The notes under the pieces: model-generated
The model's input: only the letters and a program-made list of their open reading frames with translations
What the model was told of the DNA's origin: nothing
The model's database searches: none
Shown here: piece by piece, positions 16,259 to 26,005 of the stretch
Position numbering within the stretch: the stretch's first letter is position 1
Layout of the letters: the number at the start of each line of letters is the position of its first letter
Origin: Armatimonadota bacterium
GTDB taxonomy: Bacteria > Armatimonadota > Zipacnadia > Zipacnadales > UBA5352
Direction of reading: 5' to 3'
Length of the DNA: 48,666 bases
Assembly (NCBI GenBank): GCA_051745855.1
Contig: JBNJEK010000002.1
Coordinates: 1-48,666 of the forward strand
Program-made: the position numbers and the translations under genes

Positions 16259-17593
16259 CTACTTCAGGAAGCCGCGATAGTGACGCATGAGAAGCTGTGC
16301 CTCGATCTGCTCCATGGTGTGCAAAGTAACTCCGACAACGATCAGCAGCGACGTGCCGCCAACCAGTGTGAAGGTCGTGACGCCGGTGAGATCACCGACG
16401 TAATACTGCATCAGGGCGATGACGCCGAGAAACAGCGCACCCGCCAGTGTGATCCGGTAGAGTATCCGGTCGAGATAGTCGCGGGTCTTGGCCCCGGGCC
16501 TGATGCCGGGGATCGCCCCGCCATTCTTCTGCAGATTCTCGGCAATCTGCTCAGGATTGAACGTGACCGCGGTGTAGAAGTACGTGAAGATCACCACGAG
16601 CACAAAGTAAAGGAATGAAGCGACCGCATTCTGACCGGGCGTCGTGAACTGCACGAGCGAGAACATCGCGCGACTGACCGCCTCATCGCTCACGTTGATA
16701 ATGCCCGATATCCGCTCGATCGACGCCGGACTCGTCAGCACCTGCGCGATCTGTGCCGGGAACATCGCCACCGAGATCGCGAAGATGATCGGCATGACGC
16801 CGGCCTGGTTAACCTTCAGCGGCAGGTAGCTGCTCTGCCCGCCGTAGACCCTGTGGCCGCGAACGCGCCGGGCGTACTGGACCGAGATCTTCCGCTCCGC
16901 CTTCTGGAACTTCACGATCACATACGTCGTAACCAGCATCAGCACGACAAGAAAGCCTATGTTGAAGAGACTGATCTCGCCGCCACGCCACAGTGCCGCC
17001 GTCGCGGCGATCTCCTGGGGCATATACGTCATGACGCCGGCGGTAATCATGATCGAGACACCCTGCCCGATGCCGTGCTCGGTGATCATGTCTGAGATCC
17101 ACATCAGGAATGCGGTCCCCGACACCATCATCAGCACCACGTAGACCATCAGGATCGGGCCGCCGACGAACGCCGCGCCGCTTCGGAAAAACGCCAGCAT
17201 TCCCAGTGCCTGCACCGTCGCTACGGCGATCGTCAGGTATTTCGTCCAGGCGTTGATCTTCCGCCGACCGTACTCGCCCTCTTTCTGCAGTTCCTCGATG
17301 GCCGGAATCGCCATGGCGAGAAGCTGCATGATAATAGCGGCCGTGATGTAGGGCATGATGCCCGTCGCCATCACCGAGAATCGCTCGAGCGAGCCGCCGG
17401 CGAATGCGTCAACCAGATCGCCGATGCCGCCGACGCCCTGGAACAGATTCTCAAGCGCGGCCTTGTCGATCCCCGGCAGCGGCACGTGCGCGCACGCCAC
17501 GTAGATACCGAGCATCGCGAAGAGAAACATGATGCGCTTGCGCAAATCGGGCACGCGCATCGCCTGTCCGAGAGCCGCCAGACGCTCCCTCAT
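16259..17593 (-). CDS. secY: Preprotein translocase subunit SecY
   Basis: It is a 444-aa polytopic protein at the canonical position after rplO. Its ATG overlaps the rplO stop (ATGA). Confidence 0.95.
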   Translation of the reverse strand: MRERLAALGQAMRVPDLRKRIMFLFAMLGIYVACAHVPLPGIDKAALENLFQGVGGIGDLVDAFAGGSLERFSVMATGIMPYITAAIIMQLLAMAIPAIEELQKEGEYGRRKINAWTKYLTIAVATVQALGMLAFFRSGAAFVGGPILMVYVVLMMVSGTAFLMWISDMITEHGIGQGVSIMITAGVMTYMPQEIAATAALWRGGEISLFNIGFLVVLMLVTTYVIVKFQKAERKISVQYARRVRGHRVYGGQSSYLPLKVNQAGVMPIIFAISVAMFPAQIAQVLTSPASIERISGIINVSDEAVSRAMFSLVQFTTPGQNAVASFLYFVLVVIFTYFYTAVTFNPEQIAENLQKNGGAIPGIRPGAKTRDYLDRILYRITLAGALFLGVIALMQYYVGDLTGVTTFTLVGGTSLLIVVGVTLHTMEQIEAQLLMRHYRGFLK

Positions 17594-18054
17594 TCGCCGA
17601 TCACCTCGACGCTGCCGTTCGCCGCCTCTATCTTCTCACGGGCAGACGCGCTGAACTTGTGCGCGCGGACCCTGAGCGCGACGTCGATTTCCCCGTCGCC
17701 GAGGATCTTCACGCCGTCGAGCACATTCGAGATCAGACCGCTCTCGAGCAGCGACTCCGGCGTCACCTCCGCGTCGGCGTCAAACCGCTCGGCAAGTGAG
17801 CCCACGTTGACGATCGCGAACTCTTTCCGGAAGATCCCGATGTTATGCGCCGCGTTCGAAACGCCCCGCAGCTTCGGCAGCCGACGATAAAGTGGCGTCT
17901 GCCCACCCTCGAAACCGGGCGGAATCGAGTACCTGTGCTTCTGACCCTTCTCACCACGGCCGGCAGTCTTGCCCTGACCGGCGGCGATTCCCCGACCAAC
18001 CCGCTTGCGAGGCCTGCGTGATTTCGGATACGGCTTGAGATCGCTGAGATCCAT
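17590..18054 (-). CDS. rplO: 50S ribosomal protein L15
   Basis: [22 protein letters not shown]...[11 protein letters not shown] matches L15. Confidence 0.95.
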   Translation of the reverse strand: MDLSDLKPYPKSRRPRKRVGRGIAAGQGKTAGRGEKGQKHRYSIPPGFEGGQTPLYRRLPKLRGVSNAAHNIGIFRKEFAIVNVGSLAERFDADAEVTPESLLESGLISNVLDGVKILGDGEIDVALRVRAHKFSASAREKIEAANGSVEVIGE

Positions 18055-18065
18055 CGTCTATGCTC

Positions 18066-18257
18066 CTATTGCCCTTCGACGGGCTCGAAATCTATCAGAT
18101 GCGAGACCGCGCGGACCATCCCGCGCGTCGCGTCATTGGCAGGCACCGTGTTGGTGGTGCCGATCCCACGCAGGCCCAGCGCCCGGATCGTACCCCGGAG
18201 CTTGGGCTTTACCCCGATCATGCTGCGCGTCTGTGTAACTTTGAGCATCTCGGCCAT
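18066..18257 (-). CDS. rpmD: 50S ribosomal protein L30 (63 aa)
   Basis: MAEMLKVTQTRSMIGVKPKLRGTIRALGLRGIGTTNTVPANDATRGMVRAVSHLI matches L30. The start is ATG 18257, preceded by AAGGTGG. Confidence 0.9.
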   Translation of the reverse strand: MAEMLKVTQTRSMIGVKPKLRGTIRALGLRGIGTTNTVPANDATRGMVRAVSHLIDFEPVEGQ

Positions 18258-18355
18258 CTTCGTCGCCACCTTATGAGTCCAGGTCCGCACTCCACGCGTG
18301 CCCGGTGAGGCGCATCATCACTGTCGGAAACTCGCCCCGCCCGGCCGCAACTCGA

Positions 18356-18727
18356 CTAAAAGTCCAGGCCCGCCTCGCGTGCCGCCTCGGCAAGCGCCTT
18401 CACTCGCCCGTGATACTTGCGCCCGCCCGTGTCGAAGCAGATCTTCTCGATCCCATTGGCAAGCGCTCGCTCGGCGATGATCCGACCCACGGTCGCAGCC
18501 GCCTCGCTGTTGCTTGTCGAGTCCTCGCACTCGGCGGCCACCTCATCCTCGACCGTCGCCGCCGACACATACGTCTCGGCCGCCCAGTCGTCGATGACCT
18601 GGGTGTAGATGTGATTGAGACTGATGAACACAGCCAGCCGCGGCCGTTCGGGTGTGCCGACCAGCTTCCGCCGATTCCGCATGTGGCGACTGTGTCGCTG
18701 CTCTTTTCGATTGACTTCGGTTTTCAC
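18356..18727 (-). CDS. rplR: 50S ribosomal protein L18
   Basis: RHMRNRRKLVGTPERPRLAVFISLNHIYTQVIDD...RKYHGRVKALAEAAREAGLDF matches L18. The start is GTG 18727, with GAGGTG 6 nt upstream. Confidence 0.93.
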   Translation of the reverse strand: MKTEVNRKEQRHSRHMRNRRKLVGTPERPRLAVFISLNHIYTQVIDDWAAETYVSAATVEDEVAAECEDSTSNSEAAATVGRIIAERALANGIEKICFDTGGRKYHGRVKALAEAAREAGLDF

Positions 18728-18776
18728 TTATGACACCTCGGCGTGCCTCGCCGCTGTTGCTCAGGATGGGACCAGA

Positions 18777-19331
18777 CTACATCTCCGCGCCGACCTTCGC
18801 TGCCTTCCCGGCCTTCCGCCGGATATGCTCGCCCTCGTACCGTACACCCTTGCCCTTGTAGGGCTCGGCCGGGCGCGACATCCGGATGTCGGCCGCAAGC
18901 TGTCCGACCTGCTGCTTGTCGGCACCGCGAACGATCACCTTCGTGTTGTCCTCGACGACGATCTCGATGCCCTCGGGCGGCTGGAAGGTCACGTCGTGTG
19001 AGTACCCGAGCCGCATGACAAGCTCGGTGCCCTGCATCTCGGCACGGTACCCGACACCCTGGATCTCAAGGCGCTTTTCGAATCCGTCGGTGACCCCGAT
19101 GACCATGTTGGCCAGAAGGGAACGGGTGAGCCCGTGGATCGACCGGTCATCACGCTCGTCGGACGGCCGCACGACGGTAATCACGTCGCCCTCGCGCTTG
19201 ATCTCCATCCGGCGGCTGAGCTGCTGCGTCAGTTCGCCTTTAGGTCCGCGGACGGTGACGACGTTGTCGTCGTCCACATCCACGTCAACCCCGCTCGGCA
19301 CCTCAATTGCCATTAGGCCGATTCTGGACAT
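18777..19331 (-). CDS. rplF: 50S ribosomal protein L6
   Basis: MSRIGLMAIEVPSGVDVDVDDDNVVTVRGPKGELT...YKGKGVRYEGE matches L6. Confidence 0.95.
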   Translation of the reverse strand: MSRIGLMAIEVPSGVDVDVDDDNVVTVRGPKGELTQQLSRRMEIKREGDVITVVRPSDERDDRSIHGLTRSLLANMVIGVTDGFEKRLEIQGVGYRAEMQGTELVMRLGYSHDVTFQPPEGIEIVVEDNTKVIVRGADKQQVGQLAADIRMSRPAEPYKGKGVRYEGEHIRRKAGKAAKVGAEM

Positions 19332-19355
19332 TGCAATGTCTCCCTGTACGCCGGA

Positions 19356-19751
19356 CTACCAGAGTTCGCCGACGACTTCGCCGCCGATTCCGCGCTTGCG
19401 CGCGTCGCGGTCGGTCATCACGCCCTCGCTGGTGCTGATGATCGCCACGCCAAGCCCGCCGAGCACCCTGGGCAGATCGTCCTTGCCCCGGTAGACACGG
19501 CGGCCGGGCTTGCTGATGCGCTTGAGCCCTCGAATGACGGGCTCGCGGTGCTCGTCGTAGCGCAGGCGAATCCGCACCGTCCGACCTCTGTTGATAAGCT
19601 GATACCCGCGGATATACCCCTCGCGGTGCATTATCTTCGCGATCTGAAGGTGCATCTTGGATACCGGAACATCCACGTCAAGATGCCGCGCGATCGCGGC
19701 ATTCCGCACGCGGGTGAGCATATCTGCGATTGGGTCTGTCAAAACTGCCAT
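19356..19751 (-). CDS. rpsH: 30S ribosomal protein S8 (131 aa)
   Basis: [18 protein letters not shown] matches S8. GGGAGG abuts the track's ATG at 19757, so ATG 19751 (6-nt spacing) is preferred. Confidence 0.93.
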   Translation of the reverse strand: MAVLTDPIADMLTRVRNAAIARHLDVDVPVSKMHLQIAKIMHREGYIRGYQLINRGRTVRIRLRYDEHREPVIRGLKRISKPGRRVYRGKDDLPRVLGGLGVAIISTSEGVMTDRDARKRGIGGEVVGELW

Positions 19752-19848
19752 TTCCATCCTCCCGCGGTCGCCACGGCCGCGACCGCCATGCGTCTGGGGA
19801 GCGTACTTTCAGATTCTTTCTCGCGCAGGGCCACCAGGGGCCGACCGT

Positions 19849-20034
19849 CTACCAGCTTGCCTTTCGGACGCCGGGGATATTCCCCTCCAGCGCGTTTTCC
19901 CTGAAGCAAATGCGGCAGATGCCGAATTTCCTCATGTAGCCGCGCCGCCTGCCGCACAACTGGCACCGGTTATAATCCCGCGTGCTGAACTTGTGCTTCT
20001 TCTTTGCGTCGTTGATCCACGACTTCTTTGCCAT
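19849..20034 (-). CDS. rpsN: 30S ribosomal protein S14, short zinc-binding (type Z) form, 61 aa
   Basis: The product is [61 protein letters not shown], with two CxxC pairs. Confidence 0.95.
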   Translation of the reverse strand: MAKKSWINDAKKKHKFSTRDYNRCQLCGRRRGYMRKFGICRICFRENALEGNIPGVRKASW

Positions 20035-20061
20035 TGCAGTGAGCCTCCAGTGCGTCTCCAG

Positions 20062-20646
20062 CTACTCGCGGGCCAGGGGCAGCCCCATCTGCGTGAGCAG
20101 CTCCCGGGCCTCCTCATCTGTCTCCGCCGTCGTCACAATCGCGATGTCGAGCCCGCGAGACGTTTCCACGTCGTCGTAGCTCAACTCCGGGAAGATCAGC
20201 TCATCCGTGATCCCCAGGCTGTAGTTCCCGCGACCGTCGAACGCGTCCGACGGCAACCCTCGGAAGTCACGAATACGCGGGAGTGAAACGTTGAACAGGC
20301 GGTCGAGAAACTCCCACATCCGTGCTCCCCGCAGCGTCACCCGCAATCCGATCGGCTGGCCCCGCCGAATGCCGAAGTTCGAGATCGCCTTCTTCGCCCG
20401 CGTCACCGCCGGCATCTGCCCGGCGATCAGCGCAAGCTCCTCACGCGCCCGATCCAGCGCCTCGATATCGGTGTCCGCCTCCGGAACGCTCATATTCAGG
20501 CTGACCTTCCGAGGGCGCGGCACGCGCCACACGTTGTCATACCCGAAACGCTCCATCAACTCGCCAAGCAGTTCCTCCTCGAACCGCTGCTTCAGCCGCG
20601 GCTTCGGAGCCTGCGTTGTTTCCTCTTTTGTCTCTGTGTCTGCCAT
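20062..20646 (-). CDS. rplE: 50S ribosomal protein L5
   Basis: [37 protein letters not shown]...[10 protein letters not shown] matches L5. Confidence 0.95.
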   Translation of the reverse strand: MADTETKEETTQAPKPRLKQRFEEELLGELMERFGYDNVWRVPRPRKVSLNMSVPEADTDIEALDRAREELALIAGQMPAVTRAKKAISNFGIRRGQPIGLRVTLRGARMWEFLDRLFNVSLPRIRDFRGLPSDAFDGRGNYSLGITDELIFPELSYDDVETSRGLDIAIVTTAETDEEARELLTQMGLPLARE

Positions 20647-20691
20647 CGCGCTCTCACCGATCCCGGCGGCAACGCCGCCCTTTGAAGAAAC

Positions 20692-21042
20692 TTATTCCTG
20701 CTCGATATCCGCGCCGCACTTCTTGCACACGCGAGCCTTCGACCCGTCCGGTCGTACTCGCCTGCCGACCCGCGTCCGCTCATCGCACTCGGTGCAGACG
20801 AGCATGACATTGGAGGCGTCCAGGGGGGCCGGCGTCTCCACAATCCCGCCCTGTGCCATCTGCTGCGTCTGGCGAACCGCCTTCTTGACGATGTTGATCC
20901 CGTCCACCGTCACCCGGTTCTCGTCCGGATCAACCTCGATGACCTTCCCACGCCGGACCCGGTTGGGTGTCGACCGGTCCTTGCCGGCGATGATCTCGAC
21001 GGTGTCGCCCTCTTTGATTCGCATCTTGGTCTTCTTGCCCAT
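20692..21042 (-). CDS. rplX: 50S ribosomal protein L24 with a C-terminal four-Cys zinc ribbon (116 aa)
   Basis: The KOW region is IKEGDTVEIIAGKDR. The C-terminus reads VCTECDERTRVGRRVRPDGSKARVCKKCG. ATG 21042 was chosen because GGGAGA lies 8 nt upstream; the track begins one GTG codon earlier. Confidence 0.93.
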   Translation of the reverse strand: MGKKTKMRIKEGDTVEIIAGKDRSTPNRVRRGKVIEVDPDENRVTVDGINIVKKAVRQTQQMAQGGIVETPAPLDASNVMLVCTECDERTRVGRRVRPDGSKARVCKKCGADIEQE

Positions 21043-21064
21043 CACTCACATCTCCCGGCGCGCC

Positions 21065-21433
21065 TCAGATGACCTCGGGGGCCAGAGACACGATCCTCAT
21101 ATATTCTTTGTCACGAAGTTCACGCGCAACCGGCCCGAACACGCGCGTGCACTGCGGATTCTTATTCTCGTCGACAATCACGGCGGCGTTGTCATCGAAG
21201 TTGATGACGGTCCCGTCGGGGCGCTGGACCTTGTCCCGGCAGCGGACAACAACCGCCCGAACAACCTCGCCCTTCGGGATCGGGCTCTGCGGCGTGACCG
21301 CCTTCGTCGAGCAGATGATCTCGTCGCCGAGTGTGGCGAACTTCGATCCGCTCTTGCCCATCACGCGGATGCAGTAGAGCGCCCTCACGCCTGAATTGTC
21401 GGTGGCTCTCAAACGCGTCGTCGTCTGAATCAT
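21065..21433 (-). CDS. rplN: 50S ribosomal protein L14
   Basis: MIQTTTRLRATDNSGVRALYCIRVMG...FGPVARELRDKEYMRIVSLAPEVI matches L14. Confidence 0.96.
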   Translation of the reverse strand: MIQTTTRLRATDNSGVRALYCIRVMGKSGSKFATLGDEIICSTKAVTPQSPIPKGEVVRAVVVRCRDKVQRPDGTVINFDDNAAVIVDENKNPQCTRVFGPVARELRDKEYMRIVSLAPEVI

Positions 21434-21480
21434 TTCGGCTACCTCGCATCTGCTCTGGCCAGAAACGCCGACCGGTCAGC

Positions 21481-23550
21481 TTACTCCTCTTCGGCTTCCT
21501 CGGCCTGTCTGGCCTGCGCCACGACCTGCTCGGTCATGTGCGCCGGCAGCGTTTCGTAGTGTGAAAACTCCATCTCGTAGCTCGCCCGCCCCTGCGAAAT
21601 CGAACGCAGATCAGCAGCGTACCGCATCATCTCACTCTGCGGCACCTGGGCCTTGATGGCCTGCATCGAGCCGACCTGCTCGGTCCCCAGGATCCTACCG
21701 CGCTTGGAGTTGAGGTCGCTCATGATGTCGCCCATGATGTCCTCGGGGCCGGTCACCGTCACGTTCATGATCGGCTCCAGCAGCGCCGCATTCGCCTGCT
21801 CCATCGCGTTGCGCAGCGCAATCCCCGCGGCCATCTGGAAGGCCATGTCCGAGCTGTCTACCGGGTGCGAACTGCCGTCATCGAGCGTGACCTTGATGTC
21901 AACCACCGGGTAGCCGGCGATCTGACCCTTTTCCATCCCCTGGACGATGCCTTTCTCAACGGCCGGGATGAAATTCGTGGGCACCGATCCGCCCTTGATC
22001 TCGTTGACGAACTCGAAGCCCTCACCACGCTCCATCGGCTCGAGCCGGATCCAGACATCACCGAACTGCCCGCGGCCACCGGTCTGCTTCTTGTGCCGGC
22101 CCTGCACGCGAACTGCGCGCTGGACGGTCTCGCGGTACGCGACCCGCGGCTCACTCATCTCAACGTCCACATCGTACTGATTCCGCAGCTTGGCCACGGC
22201 CACGTCGAGGTGCATCGGGCCGAGACCCTTGAGCAGAAGCTCACCTGTCTCCGGATTGCGCTCGAACTTCAGGCCCATGTCCTCGGCTGTCAGCCGCGAC
22301 AGTGCATCCGACATCTTGTCCGCGTCCGCTCGCGTGGCGGCGGTGACGGCCACGGCATACATCGATTCGGGCGCCTCGGGGCGCGGAACCGTCAACTCGC
22401 TGTTCTGCGGCGCCAGCGTATCGCCGGTCGCCGTCTCGTCGAGCCGTACCGCCGAGCCGATGTCGCCGGCGACAAGCTCGTCAACCTTCTCCGCCTCCTG
22501 CGCCTGGTTGACACCGAGGCTCGACAGCCGCTCACGCTCGTCGTTGCGAGTATTGTAAATGTCCTCATCGGCAGCAACCGTCCCGCGCAGCACGCGCAGA
22601 AGGCTGACCTGACCGACGTACGGGTCGCTCAAAGTCTTGAAGCAGATAAGCGCGGGCTCTCCGTCCGGCTCCGGCTCGATCTCGACCTCTTCATCCCCTG
22701 CCATCGCGGTCCGCGGGCCCGCATCTGCCGGTGAGACCGCCGCGTCCACCAGAAAGTCCATAAGCGGCCTGATCCCGATCTGCTTCGTGGCGCTCGTGGC
22801 GAGCACCGGAACCAGCATGCCCTCGCGGAGCGCGATCCTCAGCCCGGTGATCAGTTCCTCTTCCGAGAGCGTACCCTCTTCGAGATACTGCATTGTCAAA
22901 TCGTCATCGCTCGCGGCGACGGCGTCAATCAGCGCCTCGCGCGCCTCGGCCACGACATCCGCCATTTCGGCCGGAATCTCGCCCTTTTCGCCGCTGCCCA
23001 TCCAGGCGGTCTCGGAGAGAAGGTCCACGACACCCTCGAACTCCGCGCCCTCGCCGATGGGCAACTGCACGGCCACCGCCTCGCAGTCGGCCAGAGACTC
23101 GTTCATGCTGGCCACCGCGGCGGCGAAGTCGGCGCGATCGACGTCGAGCTTGTTGACGACGCCGATGAGCCTGACGCCCATCTCACGCGCGACGTCATAC
23201 ATCTTGATGGTGTGCACTTCCACACCGGCGACCGCGTTCACCGTCAAAAGAGCGTTGTCAACGGCCCACAGGCCATAAAGGGCATCGACGTAGAATTCGG
23301 AGTAGCCGGGGCAATCGACGAGATTGACCTTACTGCCACGGTGCTCGAAGTGGCACAGTGTGGGCGAGATGGAGATCTTCCGCTCGCGCTCCTGCTCCTC
23401 GTAGTCCGCCGTGGCGGTCCCATCATCGACTGATCCGAACTGCTTGATTGCGCCGGCCCCAAACAACAGTGCCTCGTTGAGCGAGGTCTTCCCCACGCCC
23501 CTGTGTCCGACAAAGGCCAAATTGCGCAGGTCCTCAGGTTGCCAGCTCAC
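21481..23550 (-). CDS. Divergent EF-G paralogue (EF-G II / EF-G2-like translational GTPase, 689 aa) embedded between rpsQ and rplN
   Basis: It has five-domain EF-G length and collinearity. G1 is VGHRGVGKTS, switch I is RERKISIS, G3 is DCPGYSEF (Tyr where canonical EF-G has the catalytic His) and G4 is NKLD. Domain IV is conserved (DDGSSHPVDSSDMAFQMAAG). The start is GTG 23550, with GGGAGGA 8 nt upstream. Spacers are 58 nt to rpsQ and 47 nt to rplN. Confidence 0.85.
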   Translation of the reverse strand: MSWQPEDLRNLAFVGHRGVGKTSLNEALLFGAGAIKQFGSVDDGTATADYEEQERERKISISPTLCHFEHRGSKVNLVDCPGYSEFYVDALYGLWAVDNALLTVNAVAGVEVHTIKMYDVAREMGVRLIGVVNKLDVDRADFAAAVASMNESLADCEAVAVQLPIGEGAEFEGVVDLLSETAWMGSGEKGEIPAEMADVVAEAREALIDAVAASDDDLTMQYLEEGTLSEEELITGLRIALREGMLVPVLATSATKQIGIRPLMDFLVDAAVSPADAGPRTAMAGDEEVEIEPEPDGEPALICFKTLSDPYVGQVSLLRVLRGTVAADEDIYNTRNDERERLSSLGVNQAQEAEKVDELVAGDIGSAVRLDETATGDTLAPQNSELTVPRPEAPESMYAVAVTAATRADADKMSDALSRLTAEDMGLKFERNPETGELLLKGLGPMHLDVAVAKLRNQYDVDVEMSEPRVAYRETVQRAVRVQGRHKKQTGGRGQFGDVWIRLEPMERGEGFEFVNEIKGGSVPTNFIPAVEKGIVQGMEKGQIAGYPVVDIKVTLDDGSSHPVDSSDMAFQMAAGIALRNAMEQANAALLEPIMNVTVTGPEDIMGDIMSDLNSKRGRILGTEQVGSMQAIKAQVPQSEMMRYAADLRSISQGRASYEMEFSHYETLPAHMTEQVVAQARQAEEAEEE

Positions 23551-23608
23551 CTTAACGTTCCTCCCAGTCTCCGGTCAGCACGTCCCCCGCCCTCTGCGAT
23601 CCACGACG

Positions 23609-23869
23609 TTACTTCGCGCGGCGAAGAATGTCCGTCACCCGCCACGACTTGTCCTTGCTCAGCGGGCGGCACTCCTCGATCCGCACCTCGTCGCCGGTCC
23701 GGGCATCGTTGGCCTCATCGTGGGCCTTGAACTTCGTGCTCCGCCGGAGCACCTTGCCGTAGATCGGGTGTCGCGTGGTCCGCTCGACCTCGACCACCAC
23801 GGTCTTGTCCATCTTGTCGCTGACCACATAACCCTCACGGGTCGGTTTCTTTCGCGGGCGCTCACTCAT
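23609..23869 (-). CDS. rpsQ: 30S ribosomal protein S17 (86 aa)
   Basis: [40 protein letters not shown] matches S17. The start is ATG 23869, with GAGAGAGG 8 nt upstream. Confidence 0.95.
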   Translation of the reverse strand: MSERPRKKPTREGYVVSDKMDKTVVVEVERTTRHPIYGKVLRRSTKFKAHDEANDARTGDEVRIEECRPLSKDKSWRVTDILRRAK

Positions 23870-23890
23870 CACGATTGCCTCTCTCTACGC

Positions 23891-24130
23891 TCAGCGGCCC
23901 TGGTTGATGCCCAGTTCGCGCTCATGCAGAATGGTGTTGATTCGCGCGATCGCCTTGCGATACTTTCGAATCCTCTTGGGATCATCGATCTGCCCGGAGG
24001 CCGTCCGGAACCGAAGATTCTGCAGACTCTCTGTTACCTGGGCCCGCAGTTCCTCGAGTTCCTCGTCGGTCGACTCACGGCAGTTCTCGATGAAGTCCCG
24101 GGTGCTGTATGCGTCATCGGGCATTAGCAT
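23891..24130 (-). CDS. rpmC: 50S ribosomal protein L29 (with a roughly 14-aa N-terminal extension)
   Basis: [50 protein letters not shown] matches L29. The ATG at 24130 overlaps the rplP TAA (TAATG coupling). Confidence 0.9.
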   Translation of the reverse strand: MLMPDDAYSTRDFIENCRESTDEELEELRAQVTESLQNLRFRTASGQIDDPKRIRKYRKAIARINTILHERELGINQGR

Positions 24131-24546
24131 TACTCGATACCCTCCCGGGCCACGAACTGCGTCTTGATCGGCAGTTTGTGGGCGGCCAGGCGCATCGCCT
24201 CTCGTGCAACTTCCGGCTCCACGCCCGCCATCTCGAACATAATCCGACCGGGCTTGACAACCGCCACGTAATACTCGGGCGGGCCCTTGCCCTTACCCAT
24301 AGGCATCTCCTGGCCGCGCTTCGTCACGGGCTTATCCGGGAAGATGCGGATCCAGACCTTCCCACCACGCTGCGCGCGCCTGGTCATCGCCACACGGGCC
24401 GCCTCGATCTGGCGCGATGTGATCCACGCCGGCTCGAGGGCCATCAGACCGTAATCTCCGAAATCCACATTGCAGCCGCGGTACGCCTTACCTCGCATCC
24501 GTCCGCGCATCTGCTTGCGGTGCTTTGTTCGCTTAGGCATCAACAT
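24130..24546 (-). CDS. rplP: 50S ribosomal protein L16
   Basis: [24 protein letters not shown] matches L16. It overlaps the rpsC 3' end by 14 nt. Confidence 0.96.
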   Translation of the reverse strand: MLMPKRTKHRKQMRGRMRGKAYRGCNVDFGDYGLMALEPAWITSRQIEAARVAMTRRAQRGGKVWIRIFPDKPVTKRGQEMPMGKGKGPPEYYVAVVKPGRIMFEMAGVEPEVAREAMRLAAHKLPIKTQFVAREGIE

Positions 24547-25573
24547 CGCCGGTGTCCTCCTCGGCGCTGGTCTCGGTCTCTTCTGCCGGTGCAGGCTCCG
24601 GCGGCTCCGTCGCCGCCTCGGTCTCTACCGGCGCTTCCGCCTGCTCGGTCGATGCAGACACCGTCGCGGCTTCGTCGCTGTCAGACTGCGCGAGAAGCTG
24701 GTCCATCTCCGCGGTGTCAGCGCCACCGGTGGGCTCTTCGACCGGCTCCTCAACGGCCTCCTCGATCGGCCGCTCCTCGCCACCCTCGTGCGCGGGCTCC
24801 TCGCCCGCCTCAACCTGCTCCACCTCGCCCGTGACAACATCGACCGCGTCCACGGCCTCCGTCGCCTCAGCGGCTGCGGCCTCCTCAGCCTCGGCCTCGG
24901 CGGCCTCCTGCTCAAGCTGCCCCTCGGGAGGGCTCGGTGGCGGCGGCAGAATCTCGCCGTTGCAGACGAATACCTGCACGCCGATGTGCCCGTAGCCCGT
25001 CACTGCCTCGGAGAACCCGCGCGACACGTCCGCGCGCAGGGTGTGCAGCGGCACGCTTCCGATCGGGCCCATTCGCTCGGTTCGAGCGATCTCCGCGCCC
25101 ATCAACCGCCCGCTCACCGCCACGCGAATGCCGTCCACGCCCACGCGCATCGCGCGGTCCATCGCCTGGCTCATCGCCCGCCGGATCGACGCCCGGCGCT
25201 CAATCTGCCCTGCGATCTCTTCGGCAATAAGCTGAGCGTTCTGCTCGGGATTCTTCGTCTCCTCGACGTTCACGCGTACCCGGCCGGACATGAAGCCGTC
25301 CAGGTCCCGCCGCAGCCGATCGACGTCCGAACCGCCCCGCCCGATGATGATTCCGGGCTTGGCGCTCTCGATCGTCACGGTCGTTGTCCCGGCCGCGCGC
25401 TCGATGAGAATATTCGAGATCCCGGCATGATGATGGCGCTCATGGATGACCTTGCGTGCCTGCAGGTCCTCGACCAACTGATCCCGGTACTCCCGGCCCT
25501 CCGCGAACCACTTGCTTCGCGTTTCGCGGATGATTCCGAGGCGGAATCCGTAAGGATGTACTTTCTGACCCAT
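24533..25573 (-). CDS. rpsC: 30S ribosomal protein S3 with an approximately 136-aa acidic low-complexity C-terminal extension (346 aa)
   Basis: [14 protein letters not shown]...KH domain...[13 protein letters not shown] (residues 1-208) is the canonical S3 core. The frame stays open for another 136 codons rich in E/A/T/P, up to the stop at 24533. Confidence 0.93.
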   Translation of the reverse strand: MGQKVHPYGFRLGIIRETRSKWFAEGREYRDQLVEDLQARKVIHERHHHAGISNILIERAAGTTTVTIESAKPGIIIGRGGSDVDRLRRDLDGFMSGRVRVNVEETKNPEQNAQLIAEEIAGQIERRASIRRAMSQAMDRAMRVGVDGIRVAVSGRLMGAEIARTERMGPIGSVPLHTLRADVSRGFSEAVTGYGHIGVQVFVCNGEILPPPPSPPEGQLEQEAAEAEAEEAAAAEATEAVDAVDVVTGEVEQVEAGEEPAHEGGEERPIEEAVEEPVEEPTGGADTAEMDQLLAQSDSDEAATVSASTEQAEAPVETEAATEPPEPAPAEETETSAEEDTGDVDA

Positions 25574-25623
25574 CCGGTGTTCAGCTCCCTGGCAGTTCGT
25601 CGCCGCCCGAGGTGCGGCGCTTC

Positions 25624-25995
25624 TTACTGGCCGGTCTGCGCTTCAATCTCCACGTCTTCGTCCGCGCCATCGGTGAGTATCACCGTGACATGGGCGGTGC
25701 GCTTGCGGATCCGGTCAGCGCGCCCCCGCGCCCGAGGCTTCATGCGCGGAATCGTCATCCCCGCATCCACGAAGGCCCGCTGGACCTTCAACTCCTCCGG
25801 CTCGAGGCCGTAGTTGTTCTCCGCGTTCGCCACCGCCGACTCGAGCACTTTCTCAAGCTCCCGGCAGGCAGGGCTCTGCTGCACCGCGAGAATCGCGCGC
25901 GCCTGATCGATCTGCTTGTCCACGATCAGCCTGGCATAGCGCCTGAGCTTTCGAGGACCGCGCCTCAGGTATTTCGCCTGCGCCTTAACTTCCAT
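25624..25995 (-). CDS. rplV: 50S ribosomal protein L22
   Basis: MEVKAQAKYLRRGPRKLRRYARLI...RMKPRARGRADRIRKRTAHVTVIL matches L22. Confidence 0.95.
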   Translation of the reverse strand: MEVKAQAKYLRRGPRKLRRYARLIVDKQIDQARAILAVQQSPACRELEKVLESAVANAENNYGLEPEELKVQRAFVDAGMTIPRMKPRARGRADRIRKRTAHVTVILTDGADEDVEIEAQTGQ

Positions 25996-26005
25996 TGCTG
26001 TCTCC

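Noticed and set aside
18258-18355. A possible decayed rpsE pseudogene in the L18-L30 gap
   Set aside because: Only 98 nt are present. No frame on either strand resembles any part of S5, so this is a clean absence rather than a pseudogene.
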